Assembly: GCA_036497405.1 (NCBI GenBank)
Contig: DASXJM010000456.1
Location: 1-40,620, forward strand
DNA from: Streptosporangiaceae bacterium
Lineage (GTDB): Bacteria > Actinomycetota > Actinomycetes > Streptosporangiales > Streptosporangiaceae
Direction: 5' to 3'
DNA: 40,620 bases
Part shown: in pieces, positions 8,711 to 17,798 of the stretch
Layout of the letters: each line of letters starts with the position of its first letter
How positions within the stretch are numbered: the first letter of the stretch is position 1
The notes under the pieces: generated by a model
Told to the model about the DNA's origin: nothing
The model's input: the letters and a program-made list of their open reading frames with translations, nothing else
The model's database searches: none
Translations under genes and position numbers: made by a program

Positions 8711-9259
8711 ATGACATCGCCCGAACCGCTGACCGAATCCGACCTTCAGGCCCTGCTGCAGGGCGGTGAACTGGCTGGGTCCTGGACGCTGGACCCGGCC
8801 CGGTCCCAGGTCCGGCTCACCACCCGCCACACCTGGGGGCTGCTTCCGCTGCACGGCGCCTTCGAGAAGGTGACCGGCCACGGCACGGTCACCCCGGCCG
8901 GGGAGGTCAGCGGGGTCCTGGCCGTGGGCGCCGAGTCCATCAGCACCAAGAACCCCACCCGTGACAAGCACCTCCGCTCACCAGCCTTCTTTAATATCGA
9001 ACACCACCCCGAGATCACCTTCACCGTCGACGGCGCGGCCCCGGCCAGCGGCGGCGTTCGGCTCACCGGCCAGCTCAGCGTGGCCGGTAACGCCCGGCCC
9101 GCCACCGTCGACGCCCAGGTCGGCCGGGCCGGGGACGAGGTGACGCTGGACGGCGAGCTGCAGGTGGACCGGCGCGAGTTCGGCCTGACCTGGAACTTCC
9201 TCGGCATCGCCGGGAACCACGCCGCGATGGCGGTGCACGCCGTGTTCACCCGCCAGTAG
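8711..9259 (+). CDS. YceI family protein
   Basis: It has ...WTLDPARSQVRLTTRHTWGLLPLHGAFEKVTG..., ...TKNPTRDKHLRSPAFFNIEHHPEITF and ...VDRREFGLTWN. ATG 8711 is preceded by ggggag. Confidence 0.8.
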   Translation: MTSPEPLTESDLQALLQGGELAGSWTLDPARSQVRLTTRHTWGLLPLHGAFEKVTGHGTVTPAGEVSGVLAVGAESISTKNPTRDKHLRSPAFFNIEHHPEITFTVDGAAPASGGVRLTGQLSVAGNARPATVDAQVGRAGDEVTLDGELQVDRREFGLTWNFLGIAGNHAAMAVHAVFTRQ

Positions 9260-9291
9260 CCGCGCCCCACGCCCGGCCACGCCGAACGGAA

Positions 9292-9321
9292 GCAGGCCCG
9301 CACCGATCGGTGCGGGCCTGC
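9292..9321. terminator. Bidirectional stem-loop between the convergent yceI-like and amt genes
   Basis: gcaggcccgcacc-gatc-ggtgcgggcctgc is a perfect 13-bp GC-rich stem with a 4-nt loop. It lies 33 nt after the yceI-like stop and 71 nt after the amt stop. Confidence 0.7.
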
Positions 9322-9391
9322 ACATGCTCCCGGGTCCCTCCCGGCGCGCCGAGGCGCTGGCGGCCAGGAGGAACCCGGGTGGTCAGCCGGG

Positions 9392-10729
9392 TCAGTGCGC
9401 CCCGCGCACCGACTCCGTTTCCGCCTCGGGGTCGGCCCCTTCCCGGCCCGTGCCGTTCACGGCCGGCCGTGGCGCGTCCGTGTGGCCGGCGTGGCCGAGC
9501 TGGTTGATGAGGAAGTCGTACGCGGTCTCGGCGTGCTGGGTGAGGTCCACGCCGGTGATCTCGTCCTCTTCGGAGACCCGGAAGCCCATCGTCTTGTCGA
9601 TGATCTTGCCGAGGATCCAGGCCACCGCGAAGGAGTAGCAGCCCACCGCGACCGGCCCCAGCACCTGGACTCCCAGTTGCCTGATCCCGCCCCCGTAGAA
9701 CAGGCCCTTGTGCTGGCCGTCGAGCAGGGGGTACGCGGCCAGGAACCCGAGCGAGATCGCGCCGAACGCCCCGCCGACAAGGTGCACGCCGACCACGTCG
9801 AGCGCGTCGTCGAAGCCGAGCTTGTGCTTGAGGCCGATCGCGAAGCAGCAGATGGCCCCGGCCGCCAGGCCGAGCACGATGGCGGCCCAGGGGGCGATGA
9901 ACGCACAGGCGGGGGTGATCGCGACCAGACCGGCCACCGCTCCCGAGGCCACGCCCAGCGTGGTCGGCTTGCCGTCCCGGTACCGCTCGACCAGGAGCCA
10001 GCCCCCGGCCGCGGCCGCCGTCGCGATCTGGGTGTTCATGAAGGCCAGGGCGGCAGTCCCGTCCGCCGCGAGCTCGGAACCGGCGTTGAAGCCGAACCAG
10101 CCGAACCACAGCAGGCCCGCGCCCAGCAGCACCAGCGGCAGGTTGTGCGGCCGCATCGGGTCCTTGCCGTAGCCGCGCCGCTTACCCAGCACGAGGGCGA
10201 GGGCGAGACCGGCCGAACCGGCGTTGACGTGCACCACGGTGCCGCCGGCGAAGTCCTCGATGCCCAGGCTGCTGAGCCAGCCACCGCCCCAGACCCAGTG
10301 GGCCACCGGGAAGTACACCAGCGTGGCCCAGGCGACGGTGAACACCGCCCAGGCGCCGAATTTGGTCCGGTCCGCGATCGCGCCGCTGATCAGGGCCACG
10401 GTGATGACCGCGAAGGTCAGCTGGAACGCGGAGAAGATGAGGTCGGGGATGCCGGACACCCGGGACGCCGAGTTCACCAGCCCGTGCTCACCGAGGAACT
10501 GGAAACCGCCGATGAACCCGTTGCCCTTCGAGAACGACAGGGAGTCCCCGTACAGCACCCAGGCGATGGTCACGGTGACGATGGCGATCCACGACATCAT
10601 CATCATGTTCAAGGTGGTCTTGGCCCGCGTCATGCCGCCATAGAAGAACGCCAGGCCAGGGGTCATCAGCAAGACGAGGGCGGTGGCCGCCAGCATCCAT
10701 GCGGTCGATCCAGTATCAATCTTCACCAA
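9392..10729 (-). CDS. amt: Ammonium transporter (Amt family)
   Basis: 445 aa and polytopic. It has TAWMLAATALVLLMTPGLAFFYGGM, ...DFAGGTVVHVNAG... and ...VVGVHLVGGAFG.... No glnK or glnD follows it. Confidence 0.9.
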   Translation of the reverse strand: MVKIDTGSTAWMLAATALVLLMTPGLAFFYGGMTRAKTTLNMMMMSWIAIVTVTIAWVLYGDSLSFSKGNGFIGGFQFLGEHGLVNSASRVSGIPDLIFSAFQLTFAVITVALISGAIADRTKFGAWAVFTVAWATLVYFPVAHWVWGGGWLSSLGIEDFAGGTVVHVNAGSAGLALALVLGKRRGYGKDPMRPHNLPLVLLGAGLLWFGWFGFNAGSELAADGTAALAFMNTQIATAAAAGGWLLVERYRDGKPTTLGVASGAVAGLVAITPACAFIAPWAAIVLGLAAGAICCFAIGLKHKLGFDDALDVVGVHLVGGAFGAISLGFLAAYPLLDGQHKGLFYGGGIRQLGVQVLGPVAVGCYSFAVAWILGKIIDKTMGFRVSEEDEITGVDLTQHAETAYDFLINQLGHAGHTDAPRPAVNGTGREGADPEAETESVRGAH

Positions 10730-10747
10730 AGGCTCCTTTTGCCATCC

Positions 10748-10846
10748 GTTTACACAGGCTCTTAATCGCGGGTTTCACGGATTTCGCCGGCGTATTTCTC
10801 TCGTGTGAAGAAAACGCGTCCTATGTTTCAGCGACGTTTCACGGAT
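10748..10846. promoter_or_regulatory. GAAAC-type repeats upstream of amt (candidate GlnR boxes)
   Basis: On the amt sense strand, atccGTGAAAC occurs twice exactly (plus-strand gtttcacggat at 10772-10782 and 10836-10846). One copy forms GAAAC-gtcgct-GAAAC (5-6-5). GTAAAC (10748-10753) lies closer to the gene. Confidence 0.35.
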
Positions 10847-11043
10847 GCCCCCAGGCCGCCGTCGGCCCCCACCTGACAAACCCCGATCCCCGTGTGGACC
10901 GGCCTTTGGGCCGACTCAGACGCGCTTGGCCCACGTCAGAAGGCCCGGTGTGCTCCTGGACACGTATTCCCCGCGACCGGCCCGCCCCCGCCCGTACTCC
11001 GGTGGCCCGCTCCCACACGGCCCCGGCCCGAGGGGCACGGCCG

Positions 11044-11103
11044 AATGTGCGTAATGGCTCACCGACCACACCCTGGTGTGGTCAGGGGTTCATTGCGCAC
11101 ATT
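11044..11103. other. 60-nt nested hairpin in the amt / ychJ intergenic region
   Basis: The outer 13-bp stem pairs aatgtgcgtaatg (11044-11056) with cattgcgcacatt (11091-11103), with one G-U position. The inner stem is 8 bp: gaccacac-cctg-gtgtggtc (11064-11083). The internal loops are symmetric at 7 nt each. It lies about 85 nt downstream of the ychJ-like stop and has no U tract. Confidence 0.4.
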
Positions 11104-11188
11104 GCGGCGAGAGGCCGAACGCGGCCACAGGCCTCCCGCGCCCCGTCAGCCACACCAGCCCCACCACTGGGGGCATGGGCCCGGGCGG

Positions 11189-11572
11189 TCATCCTTCGGG
11201 CGAAGCGGCCAGGTAGACCCAGCGGCCGTTCTCGCGCACGAACTGGCTCTTCTCGGCCAGGACACCTCGCTGGCCATCTTGGATGTAGACGGCCCGGAAC
11301 GTGACCGTCCCGGTGTCGTCGAACATCCCGCCGTCCTCGGTCTCCAGCACCGCCAGCCGCTTCCACTCGGTGGCCGGGTCGAGGGTCAGCGTGGCCGGGC
11401 GGCCGGACCGGTGCCAGCTGCGCAGCAGGTAGTCGGCGTCGCCGACCGCGAAGGCGCAGTAGCGGGAGCGCATCAGCGCCTCGGCCGTCGGGGCCGGGGT
11501 GCCCGCGTGGTACCGCCCGCAGCAGGCCTCGTAATCGTCCCCGAGCCCGCACGGGCATGCCTGTCCGCCCAC
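11189..11572 (-). CDS. YchJ family protein (SEC-C motif plus NTF2-like domain)
   Basis: It has an N-terminal CPCG....YEACCG SEC-C metal motif, then ...EALMRSRYCAFAVGDADYLLRSWH.... Confidence 0.75.
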   Translation of the reverse strand: MGGQACPCGLGDDYEACCGRYHAGTPAPTAEALMRSRYCAFAVGDADYLLRSWHRSGRPATLTLDPATEWKRLAVLETEDGGMFDDTGTVTFRAVYIQDGQRGVLAEKSQFVRENGRWVYLAASPEG

Positions 11573-11573
11573 G

Positions 11574-13226
11574 TCAGTGCCCCTTGAACGCCTCGGCCAG
11601 CCACCAGGAGCCGCCGTCGCTGGCGACCTTGGCGTCGATGACCAGGACCCCGTCCGGGTCGCGGGCCCAGGCCGCGACCGCGGCCAGGTCGTCCGGGCCG
11701 CGGACGGTGACCCCGGTCGCGCCGAACCCGCGGCCGATGGCGGCCAGGTCGCGGTCGGGGAACGTGACCGTCTCGTGGTCGGCGCCAGTGAAGTGATGCA
11801 CCTCGGCCCCGTAGGCGGCGTCGTCGTAGACCGCGATCACCATCGGCCGCCCGAGCCGGACCGCGGTCTCCAGCTCGGACACCCCCATCAGGAAGCCGCC
11901 GTCGCCGGTGGCGATGACCGGGAGCCGGTCCGGCTGGGCCAGCGCGGCGCCGATGCCGCTGGCCAGGCCGAGCCCGACCGACTGGAACGCCTGGGTGAAG
12001 CAGAACCCGAATTCGTCCGGCACCCGCAGGTAGGCGCTCGGGTAGCCCATGAAGTTGCCGGAGTCTACCGAGACCAGGCGCATCGCCGGCAGCGCCCGGT
12101 CCAGGGCCTTGCTGAACTCGCGCGGGTCGATCCGGTCGGCCGTGCCCAGGTCGTCGGTCGGCACCTGGTTCCACCAGCGCTGCCCGGCCAGGCGCTGCGC
12201 GACCGCTTCCGTCCGGTAACCGGCCCGGGCTGGCTCGCCCCCGCCCTCGCCCGCTCCGAGGGCGTCGAGGGTGTCGGCCGCGGTGGCCGCGCAGTCACCG
12301 AGGATGCCCAGGTCAACGGGCCGGTGCGCGCCCAGCGCGGCCAGGTCGTCGTCGACCTGCACGACCTGGGTCGCCGGGCCGATCAGGGTGCCATGCCGCA
12401 TCGTCCACATGTTCAGGGCGCAGCCCCAGCCGACGATGAGATCGGCCCCGGCGATCAGCTCGGCGGCCAGGGGAGAGGCGAAGCCACCCGAGATGCCCAG
12501 GTCGAACTGGTCCCCGGCGAACAGGCCGTTGGCCACCGCCGAGGTGGCCAGCAGGGCCCCGGCCCGCCGGGCCAGGGCGGCGATCTCCGGCCCGGCGCCG
12601 CGGCCGCCGCGGCCGACCACGAAGACCGGGCGTTCCGCCGCCGCCAGCAGGCCCGCCAAGTCGGCCACGGCCGCGGCGCCCGGCCGGGCCGGGTCCGGCG
12701 CGGCCACCGGGGCCAGCGGCAGCGGCGCGTCCAGCGGTGCCGCCTGCACGTCGAGGGGCAGGCTGACCACCACGGTCCGGCGTCCGTGCACAGCGGTGGT
12801 GAAGGCCCGGGTGATGTCGGCCACGGCCGAGGCCGGGCCGTGGACCCGCTCGGCCACGGCGCCGACGCTGGTGGCCAGCAGGTCCTGGTCGATCCGGAAG
12901 TTGGAGTTGACCGCGGCCCCGGCGGTGTCGGCGGCCAGCACGATCATCGGGGTACGGCTCTTGGCCGCCTCGGTGATGCCGGTCATCGCGTTGGTGAGAC
13001 CGCAGCCCTGGTGGACCGAGAGCACGGCGGGCCGCCCGGCCAGGCGGCTGTAGGCGTCGGCCATGGACGCGGCGCCGCCCTCGTGCCGGGCCGCGGTGAA
13101 CGGGACCCCGCCGGCCCGGAGCGCGTTGGTGACGTGGAAGTTGCCGCTGCCGACCACGCCGAAACAGTGCCCGGCCCCGAGGTCGGCCAGCACCGATCCG
13201 GCCACCGCGGCCACGTTCTGGGTCAT
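11574..13226 (-). CDS. Thiamine-diphosphate-binding enzyme (acetolactate synthase-like family)
   Basis: It has MTQNVAAVAGSVLADLGAGHCFGVVGSGNF..., ...AARHEGGAASMADAY... and the ThDP motif ...GDGGFLMGVSELETAVR.... The start at ATG 13226 forms an ATGA overlap with the upstream cyclase gene. The longer ORF-track N-terminus is Arg/Pro/Gly-rich junk. Confidence 0.85.
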   Translation of the reverse strand: MTQNVAAVAGSVLADLGAGHCFGVVGSGNFHVTNALRAGGVPFTAARHEGGAASMADAYSRLAGRPAVLSVHQGCGLTNAMTGITEAAKSRTPMIVLAADTAGAAVNSNFRIDQDLLATSVGAVAERVHGPASAVADITRAFTTAVHGRRTVVVSLPLDVQAAPLDAPLPLAPVAAPDPARPGAAAVADLAGLLAAAERPVFVVGRGGRGAGPEIAALARRAGALLATSAVANGLFAGDQFDLGISGGFASPLAAELIAGADLIVGWGCALNMWTMRHGTLIGPATQVVQVDDDLAALGAHRPVDLGILGDCAATAADTLDALGAGEGGGEPARAGYRTEAVAQRLAGQRWWNQVPTDDLGTADRIDPREFSKALDRALPAMRLVSVDSGNFMGYPSAYLRVPDEFGFCFTQAFQSVGLGLASGIGAALAQPDRLPVIATGDGGFLMGVSELETAVRLGRPMVIAVYDDAAYGAEVHHFTGADHETVTFPDRDLAAIGRGFGATGVTVRGPDDLAAVAAWARDPDGVLVIDAKVASDGGSWWLAEAFKGH

Positions 13227-13993
13227 GCGGCGACGATGGCGAAGGCCCGGGCCGGCGAGCCGGTGCCGCCGACGATCGGCAGCGGGGCCGCCACCAGCAG
13301 GGCGCCCGTCACCGGCAGCCGGTCCAGGTTCTCCAGCTGGGTCAGGCCGTACTTGTCCGCCCCGAGCAGGTGGTTGTGGGCCGGGAACGCGGGCTCCATG
13401 CCGCCGGCCTGGCCCGCGTCGATCCCCACCGTCTCCACCCCGAACCCGGTGATCGACGAGTCGGCCAGCCACTTCGCGCCCGCGGGGGAGACCCCCGGGG
13501 TGTGCGGGCCCTGGTCGTCGGCGTTCAGGAACGCGGCCGCGTCCCGGTTGAAGCGGCTCCAGCCGGTGCGGAACAGCAGCCAGGCCCCGGCGGGCAGCGG
13601 CCCGTGCGCCGCGACGTGGGCCTCGAAGTGCTCGGGCTCGAGCAGGAAGTCCGGGTGGCCGGCCACCTCGGCGGTGAAGTCGAGCACGACGGCCGGCCCG
13701 ATGAGCCGCGACGGCGGGATCTGGTCCACCGGCGTGCCGTGGCGGCCGGTGGCCCAGTGGGTGGGGGCGTCGAGGTGCGTGCCGGTGTGCTCGCCGAGGT
13801 GGATGTTGTTCCAGCCCCAGGCCGGCCCGGCCTCATCGAAGTCGCTGACCTTCTCCATCGACAGCGGGATCGTGTTGGCGAACGGCGGCGGCAGCTGCAG
13901 GATCGGCGTCTGCGGCGAGAGCGGCGCGGTGAGGTCGATGACCGTCGTCTCGCCGGTCTGCAGGGCCGCGAGCAGGCTGTCAATGGCGGTCAT
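13223..13993 (-). CDS. Cyclase family protein (kynurenine-formamidase-like fold)
   Basis: It has the HxGTHxDxPxH motif (LGEHTGTHLDAPTHW). ATG 13993 is preceded by gggaggaa. Confidence 0.8.
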   Translation of the reverse strand: MTAIDSLLAALQTGETTVIDLTAPLSPQTPILQLPPPFANTIPLSMEKVSDFDEAGPAWGWNNIHLGEHTGTHLDAPTHWATGRHGTPVDQIPPSRLIGPAVVLDFTAEVAGHPDFLLEPEHFEAHVAAHGPLPAGAWLLFRTGWSRFNRDAAAFLNADDQGPHTPGVSPAGAKWLADSSITGFGVETVGIDAGQAGGMEPAFPAHNHLLGADKYGLTQLENLDRLPVTGALLVAAPLPIVGGTGSPARAFAIVAA

Positions 13994-14066
13994 GGCGGAT
14001 TCCTCCCGATCGGGACATACGGGGCGGATCAAGGTGGCCGATGGCTCCGGACGATACTAGGAGGAG

Positions 14067-15350
14067 ATGACCGACCTCCCCTCCGGCTCGCCCGGCGCCG
14101 CGTCCGGGGGAGAAGAGGAGTTCCGGCTTCGTTCGGTCGCGGTGGCCGCGTTCGGGCCGGCCACCTTGTTCGGGCTGGCCGAGGGGGCGATGCTGCCGGT
14201 CATCGCGCTGAGCTCGATCGACCGGGGCGCCAGCACCGCCATCGCCGCGCTGATCAACGCGCTGCTCGGCATCGGGTCGATCGTCACCAACATCCCGTCC
14301 GGCATCCTGGCCACCCGTATCGGGGAGCGGAAATCGATGCTGGTGGCCGCGGCGGTGGCCGTGGCCGGCCTGATCTTGTGCCTGGTCAATCTGGGCCATG
14401 GCGCGCTGTCGCTGACCGTGTTCGGCCTGGGCGTGCTGCTGCTGGGGGCGGCCAGCTCGGTGTACACCCTGGCCCGCCAGTCCTACCTGACCGAGGTGGT
14501 GCCGCCGCGGATGCGGGCCCGGGCGATGTCGACCCTGGGCGGCACGCTCCGGATCGGAATGTTCGCCGGCCCGTTCATCGGCGCGGGCGCGGTCGAGCTG
14601 TGGGGGTTGCCGGGGGCCTACTACGTCAGCCTGGCCGCGATGGCCGGCGCGGCCGTCATCGTCTACCGGGTGCCCGACCTGGAGAGGACCGACGAGCACC
14701 GGGCCGCCGTGGCCGAGGTGACGTCGTGGGGCATGCTCAAGCAGTACTGGCGCGTCTTCGCCACCCTCGGCCTGGGCGTGGTCCTGCTGTCGGCGATCAG
14801 GCAGACCCGGCAGGTGGTCATCCCGCTGTGGGCGGCCCACCTGGGGCTGTCACCCACCGCCAACTCAATCATCTACGGCATCGCCGGGCTCATCGACGTG
14901 GCCACCTTCTACCCGGCGGGCAAGGTCATGGACACCTACGGGCGCCGCTGGATCGCGGTCCCGTGCGCGGCCGTGCTCGGCGTCTCCTTCATCCTCATGC
15001 CGTTGACCCACGCCGTCGTCACCCTGACCCTGACCGCGATGATCATGGGCTTCGGCAACGGGATCGGCTCCGGCATCGTGATGACGCTGTCGGCCGACGC
15101 CTCCCCGGAGATCGGCCGCCCGACGTTTCTCGGCCTGTGGCGCGAGCTGGGTGACGCCGGCCAGGGCCTCGGCCCGCTCATCTTGTCCGGGGTGACCGCC
15201 GTGGCCGGTCTGACCACCGGCATCACCGCCAGCGGCCTGGTCGGTTTCGCCGCCGCCGCGGTCATGTGGACGTTCATCCCCGGCCGCCCCCGGCTGCCCC
15301 GCCTCGGGCCGCGCCGGGCCCAGGCCGCCGAGACCTACGAGCCCCGGTAG
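14067..15350 (+). CDS. MFS transporter
   Basis: 427 aa and about 12 hydrophobic segments. It has ...ILATRIGERKSM..., a D/R-rich loop 2-3 motif. An aggaggag Shine-Dalgarno precedes the ATG. Confidence 0.85.
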   Translation: MTDLPSGSPGAASGGEEEFRLRSVAVAAFGPATLFGLAEGAMLPVIALSSIDRGASTAIAALINALLGIGSIVTNIPSGILATRIGERKSMLVAAAVAVAGLILCLVNLGHGALSLTVFGLGVLLLGAASSVYTLARQSYLTEVVPPRMRARAMSTLGGTLRIGMFAGPFIGAGAVELWGLPGAYYVSLAAMAGAAVIVYRVPDLERTDEHRAAVAEVTSWGMLKQYWRVFATLGLGVVLLSAIRQTRQVVIPLWAAHLGLSPTANSIIYGIAGLIDVATFYPAGKVMDTYGRRWIAVPCAAVLGVSFILMPLTHAVVTLTLTAMIMGFGNGIGSGIVMTLSADASPEIGRPTFLGLWRELGDAGQGLGPLILSGVTAVAGLTTGITASGLVGFAAAAVMWTFIPGRPRLPRLGPRRAQAAETYEPR

Positions 15351-15357
15351 CGCGACC

Positions 15358-15819
15358 TCACACGGTGGCGAACCACAGGTCACCGGCAGAAAACGCGTCC
15401 GCGTCCAAGGCCGGGTTGTCCACCACCCGATCACCGAAGGCCGCCCGCAGTACCCCCGGGTCACACCGCAGCACGACCGCGTCCAGCCCGGGCACCTCAA
15501 GCACCACGACCCCCCCCGGGCCCTCGCCCGCCTCCGCCCTGTCCCACCCGGTCGCGTCCCCGATCACGATGGCCAGCGGCCCGATCAGGCTGACCAGCAC
15601 CGCGACCTTCCCGCCGGTCAGGACCCGGGCCCAGTCCTCCCCGGCGTCCTCATCCCAGTCCAGCTCACCATCCAACCGCCGGGCCGTATCACGGGCCAGC
15701 TCCGCCCCCCGCTCCCCGAACGGCCAGCCTGCCCGGCGGGACCGAACGGTCGGCGGTCCACCCGGCCACTGGATCGGCATGGTAAAGGTTCGCCCGCGAA
15801 CGATTCGGGCATGCGCCAT
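15358..15819 (-). CDS. Hypothetical protein
   Basis: GC3-rich ORF of 153 aa (140 aa if it starts at ATG 15780). I recognise no family. Confidence 0.45.
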   Translation of the reverse strand: MAHARIVRGRTFTMPIQWPGGPPTVRSRRAGWPFGERGAELARDTARRLDGELDWDEDAGEDWARVLTGGKVAVLVSLIGPLAIVIGDATGWDRAEAGEGPGGVVVLEVPGLDAVVLRCDPGVLRAAFGDRVVDNPALDADAFSAGDLWFATV

Positions 15820-15848
15820 TCCCGTGGGTGGCGGCTAGCATCGGGGAT

Positions 15849-16358
15849 ATGGATGCCGCCGCTGACGTGACCGAGCTGCCGGAGATTCCCGGCGACCCGC
15901 TGGCCCTGGAACGCCAGGTGTGCTTCGCCCTGTCCATCGCGGCCCGCAGCGTGCTGGCCATCTACCGGCCGCTGCTTGAGCCGATGGGGCTGACCCACCC
16001 GCAGTACCTGGTCATGCTCGCGCTGTGGGGACGGTCCCCGCTGTCGGTCAAGGAGCTGGGCGAGATGCTCCAGCTCGACGCGCCCACCCTGTCGCCGCTG
16101 CTCAAGCGGCTGGAAGCGGCGGGCCTGCTGACCCGGGCCCGGGACCAGCGCGACGAACGCCAGCTGCGCATCGAACTGACCCAGCAGGGCCACGACCTGC
16201 GCCAGCTGGCGCTGGGGGTGCCACCCGCGGTGGTGGCCCGGATCGGGGTCGAGCTGGGCGAGCTGCAGGACCTGCAGCAGGCGCTGGTCCGGCTGAACGA
16301 GGCCGCTCGCCGGGCCGGGGTGCAGCCGCTCGCGGTCCCGGCCCAGGACAGTGTGTAG
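15849..16358 (+). CDS. MarR family regulator, OhrR-like (conserved N-terminal Cys)
   Basis: It has ...LALERQVCFALSIAARSVLAIYRPLLEPMGLTHPQYLVMLALW...VKELGEMLQLDAPTLSPLLKRLEAAGLLTRARDQRDERQ.... An alternative GTG start lies at 15828. Confidence 0.8.
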   Translation: MDAAADVTELPEIPGDPLALERQVCFALSIAARSVLAIYRPLLEPMGLTHPQYLVMLALWGRSPLSVKELGEMLQLDAPTLSPLLKRLEAAGLLTRARDQRDERQLRIELTQQGHDLRQLALGVPPAVVARIGVELGELQDLQQALVRLNEAARRAGVQPLAVPAQDSV

Positions 16359-16361
16359 GCG

Positions 16362-17798
16362 CTAGCCGAGCCTGCGGTCGAGGTCCAGCAGCGCCTGGGT
16401 GAACACCTCGATCGGCGCCACGGCCACGCCCGCGCCGACCTGGCCGCTGCCGTCGGAGTTGTGCAGGATCCCGGTCGTCACCTTGGGCGTGATCCCGAGC
16501 TCGACGACCTTGCGCACGTCGACCCCGACCGGGGAGCCGCGCTGGCCCCAGGTCGGCAGGATGAACCGGGTCGACCGGCCGACGCAGACCAGGTCCAGCT
16601 GCTCGGACAGCCGGGCCGCGTCGGCCATCGTGCCGCCGACCAGCTGGGCCACGGCCGGGGACCCGGCCGCGCAGGCGCCGCCGAGACCGATCAGCTCCAG
16701 CACCGAGCTGTCCCCGATGTCGGGGGCGGCGTCGTCTTCGCTGCGTCCCGGCTGGTAGAGCGCGTCGCCGACCAGCGGGGACGGCGCGTACTGCCAGGAG
16801 CTGCCCGGCCCGGCCAGCCAGGCCGCGAAGCCAGTGCCGTTGCGGCTCATGCCGGCGACGATCGAGCTGTTCTCGACCTGGCCCGCCCACAGGGTGAGGG
16901 TCCGGGCCGCGGCCATGGCCAGGCTCAGGAACAGCAGGTAGTTGGCGGACAGGAAGTCGGCCACCTCACCCCGGCGCGGGTGTGCGCCCCGCACCAGCGC
17001 GGGCAGCAGGGTCCGCAGCAGCAGGTTGGTCGAGGCCTGGGTCCGCACGTGCACGTCGTCGCCCATCGCCACCGCCTGGGCCGCGAACGACAGCACGTTG
17101 AGCGGGCCGGTCGCGGCCAGCGCGTCGGCCAGGACCGGGCCGGCCGCGTCGCGCAGCAGGATCAGCCGCTCGATGGCGCCGGGACTGTCCTTGCCGAACC
17201 AGGCCACATCGCCCGAGCCCTGGCCCAGCGGCGCGTAGGCCTGGAGGCCGGCCTCGGCCAGTTCCACCACCCAGACCGGGGTCCGCGGGCCCATCGCGGT
17301 CGCCATCGGCACCACCGTCTGATGATGGTTGGCCGAGCCGGTCCGCACCTGCCCGGAGGCCAGCAGCTCATCGGCCTGCCCGGGACCGGCGGCCCAGCCC
17401 TCGGCGCAGACCGCCGCCCGCAGGGAGCGCTGGAGCGGGTCGCGGGCGTCGCGGTATTCGATGGGCGGGCCGCTGTGCAGGATGAGCCGCTCGCCGTCCA
17501 GGGCCGGGATGACCTCGGCGGCGGGGCGGACCGTGACCACCTCCGGCACCCCGCGGTCCAGGCGCCGGTACACCTCGGCGTTGGCCGCGTCGATCACCGC
17601 CGCCCGCGGGCCGGACAGCCGCCGCAGGGCCGCCACCACCTCCGGGTCGCCGCCGCCGGGGATGCGCCAGTCGAGCTGGATGACGGGCCGGTCCTGGTCG
17701 GCGATGGCCTGGGCGAACAGGGGCAGCCCGGCATTCAGCACCGATACCTCGTCCGGCAGCCGCACCGGGTGATCGGTCTCGTGGGCGGCGGCGGTCAT
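16362..17798 (-). CDS. DUF1116 (YlbE/AllG-like) protein
   Basis: 478 aa. Blocks matching E. coli YlbE as I recall it are ...ILHSGPP..., ...MGDDVHVRTQAS..., ...PDIGDSSVLELIGLGG... and ...GITPKVTTGILHNSDGSGQVGAGVAVAP.... An ATGA overlap joins it to the upstream lyase gene. Confidence 0.75.
   Translation of the reverse strand: MTAAAHETDHPVRLPDEVSVLNAGLPLFAQAIADQDRPVIQLDWRIPGGGDPEVVAALRRLSGPRAAVIDAANAEVYRRLDRGVPEVVTVRPAAEVIPALDGERLILHSGPPIEYRDARDPLQRSLRAAVCAEGWAAGPGQADELLASGQVRTGSANHHQTVVPMATAMGPRTPVWVVELAEAGLQAYAPLGQGSGDVAWFGKDSPGAIERLILLRDAAGPVLADALAATGPLNVLSFAAQAVAMGDDVHVRTQASTNLLLRTLLPALVRGAHPRRGEVADFLSANYLLFLSLAMAAARTLTLWAGQVENSSIVAGMSRNGTGFAAWLAGPGSSWQYAPSPLVGDALYQPGRSEDDAAPDIGDSSVLELIGLGGACAAGSPAVAQLVGGTMADAARLSEQLDLVCVGRSTRFILPTWGQRGSPVGVDVRKVVELGITPKVTTGILHNSDGSGQVGAGVAVAPIEVFTQALLDLDRRLG

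Noticed and set aside
9395-10765. 456-aa plus-strand ORF
   Set aside because: It lies antisense to the ammonium transporter, which has unmistakable Amt motifs and membrane topology.
11044-11103. tRNA-like element (contains ggttca)
   Set aside because: It folds as one long nested hairpin, not a cloverleaf. It has no acceptor/T-arm geometry and no CCA context.
11577-14060. 827-aa plus-strand ORF, one of the longest in the track
   Set aside because: It lies antisense to the thiamine-diphosphate enzyme and cyclase genes. Its composition is dominated by Arg, Pro, Gly and Ala with no recognisable motifs. This is the typical shadow ORF of high-GC DNA.
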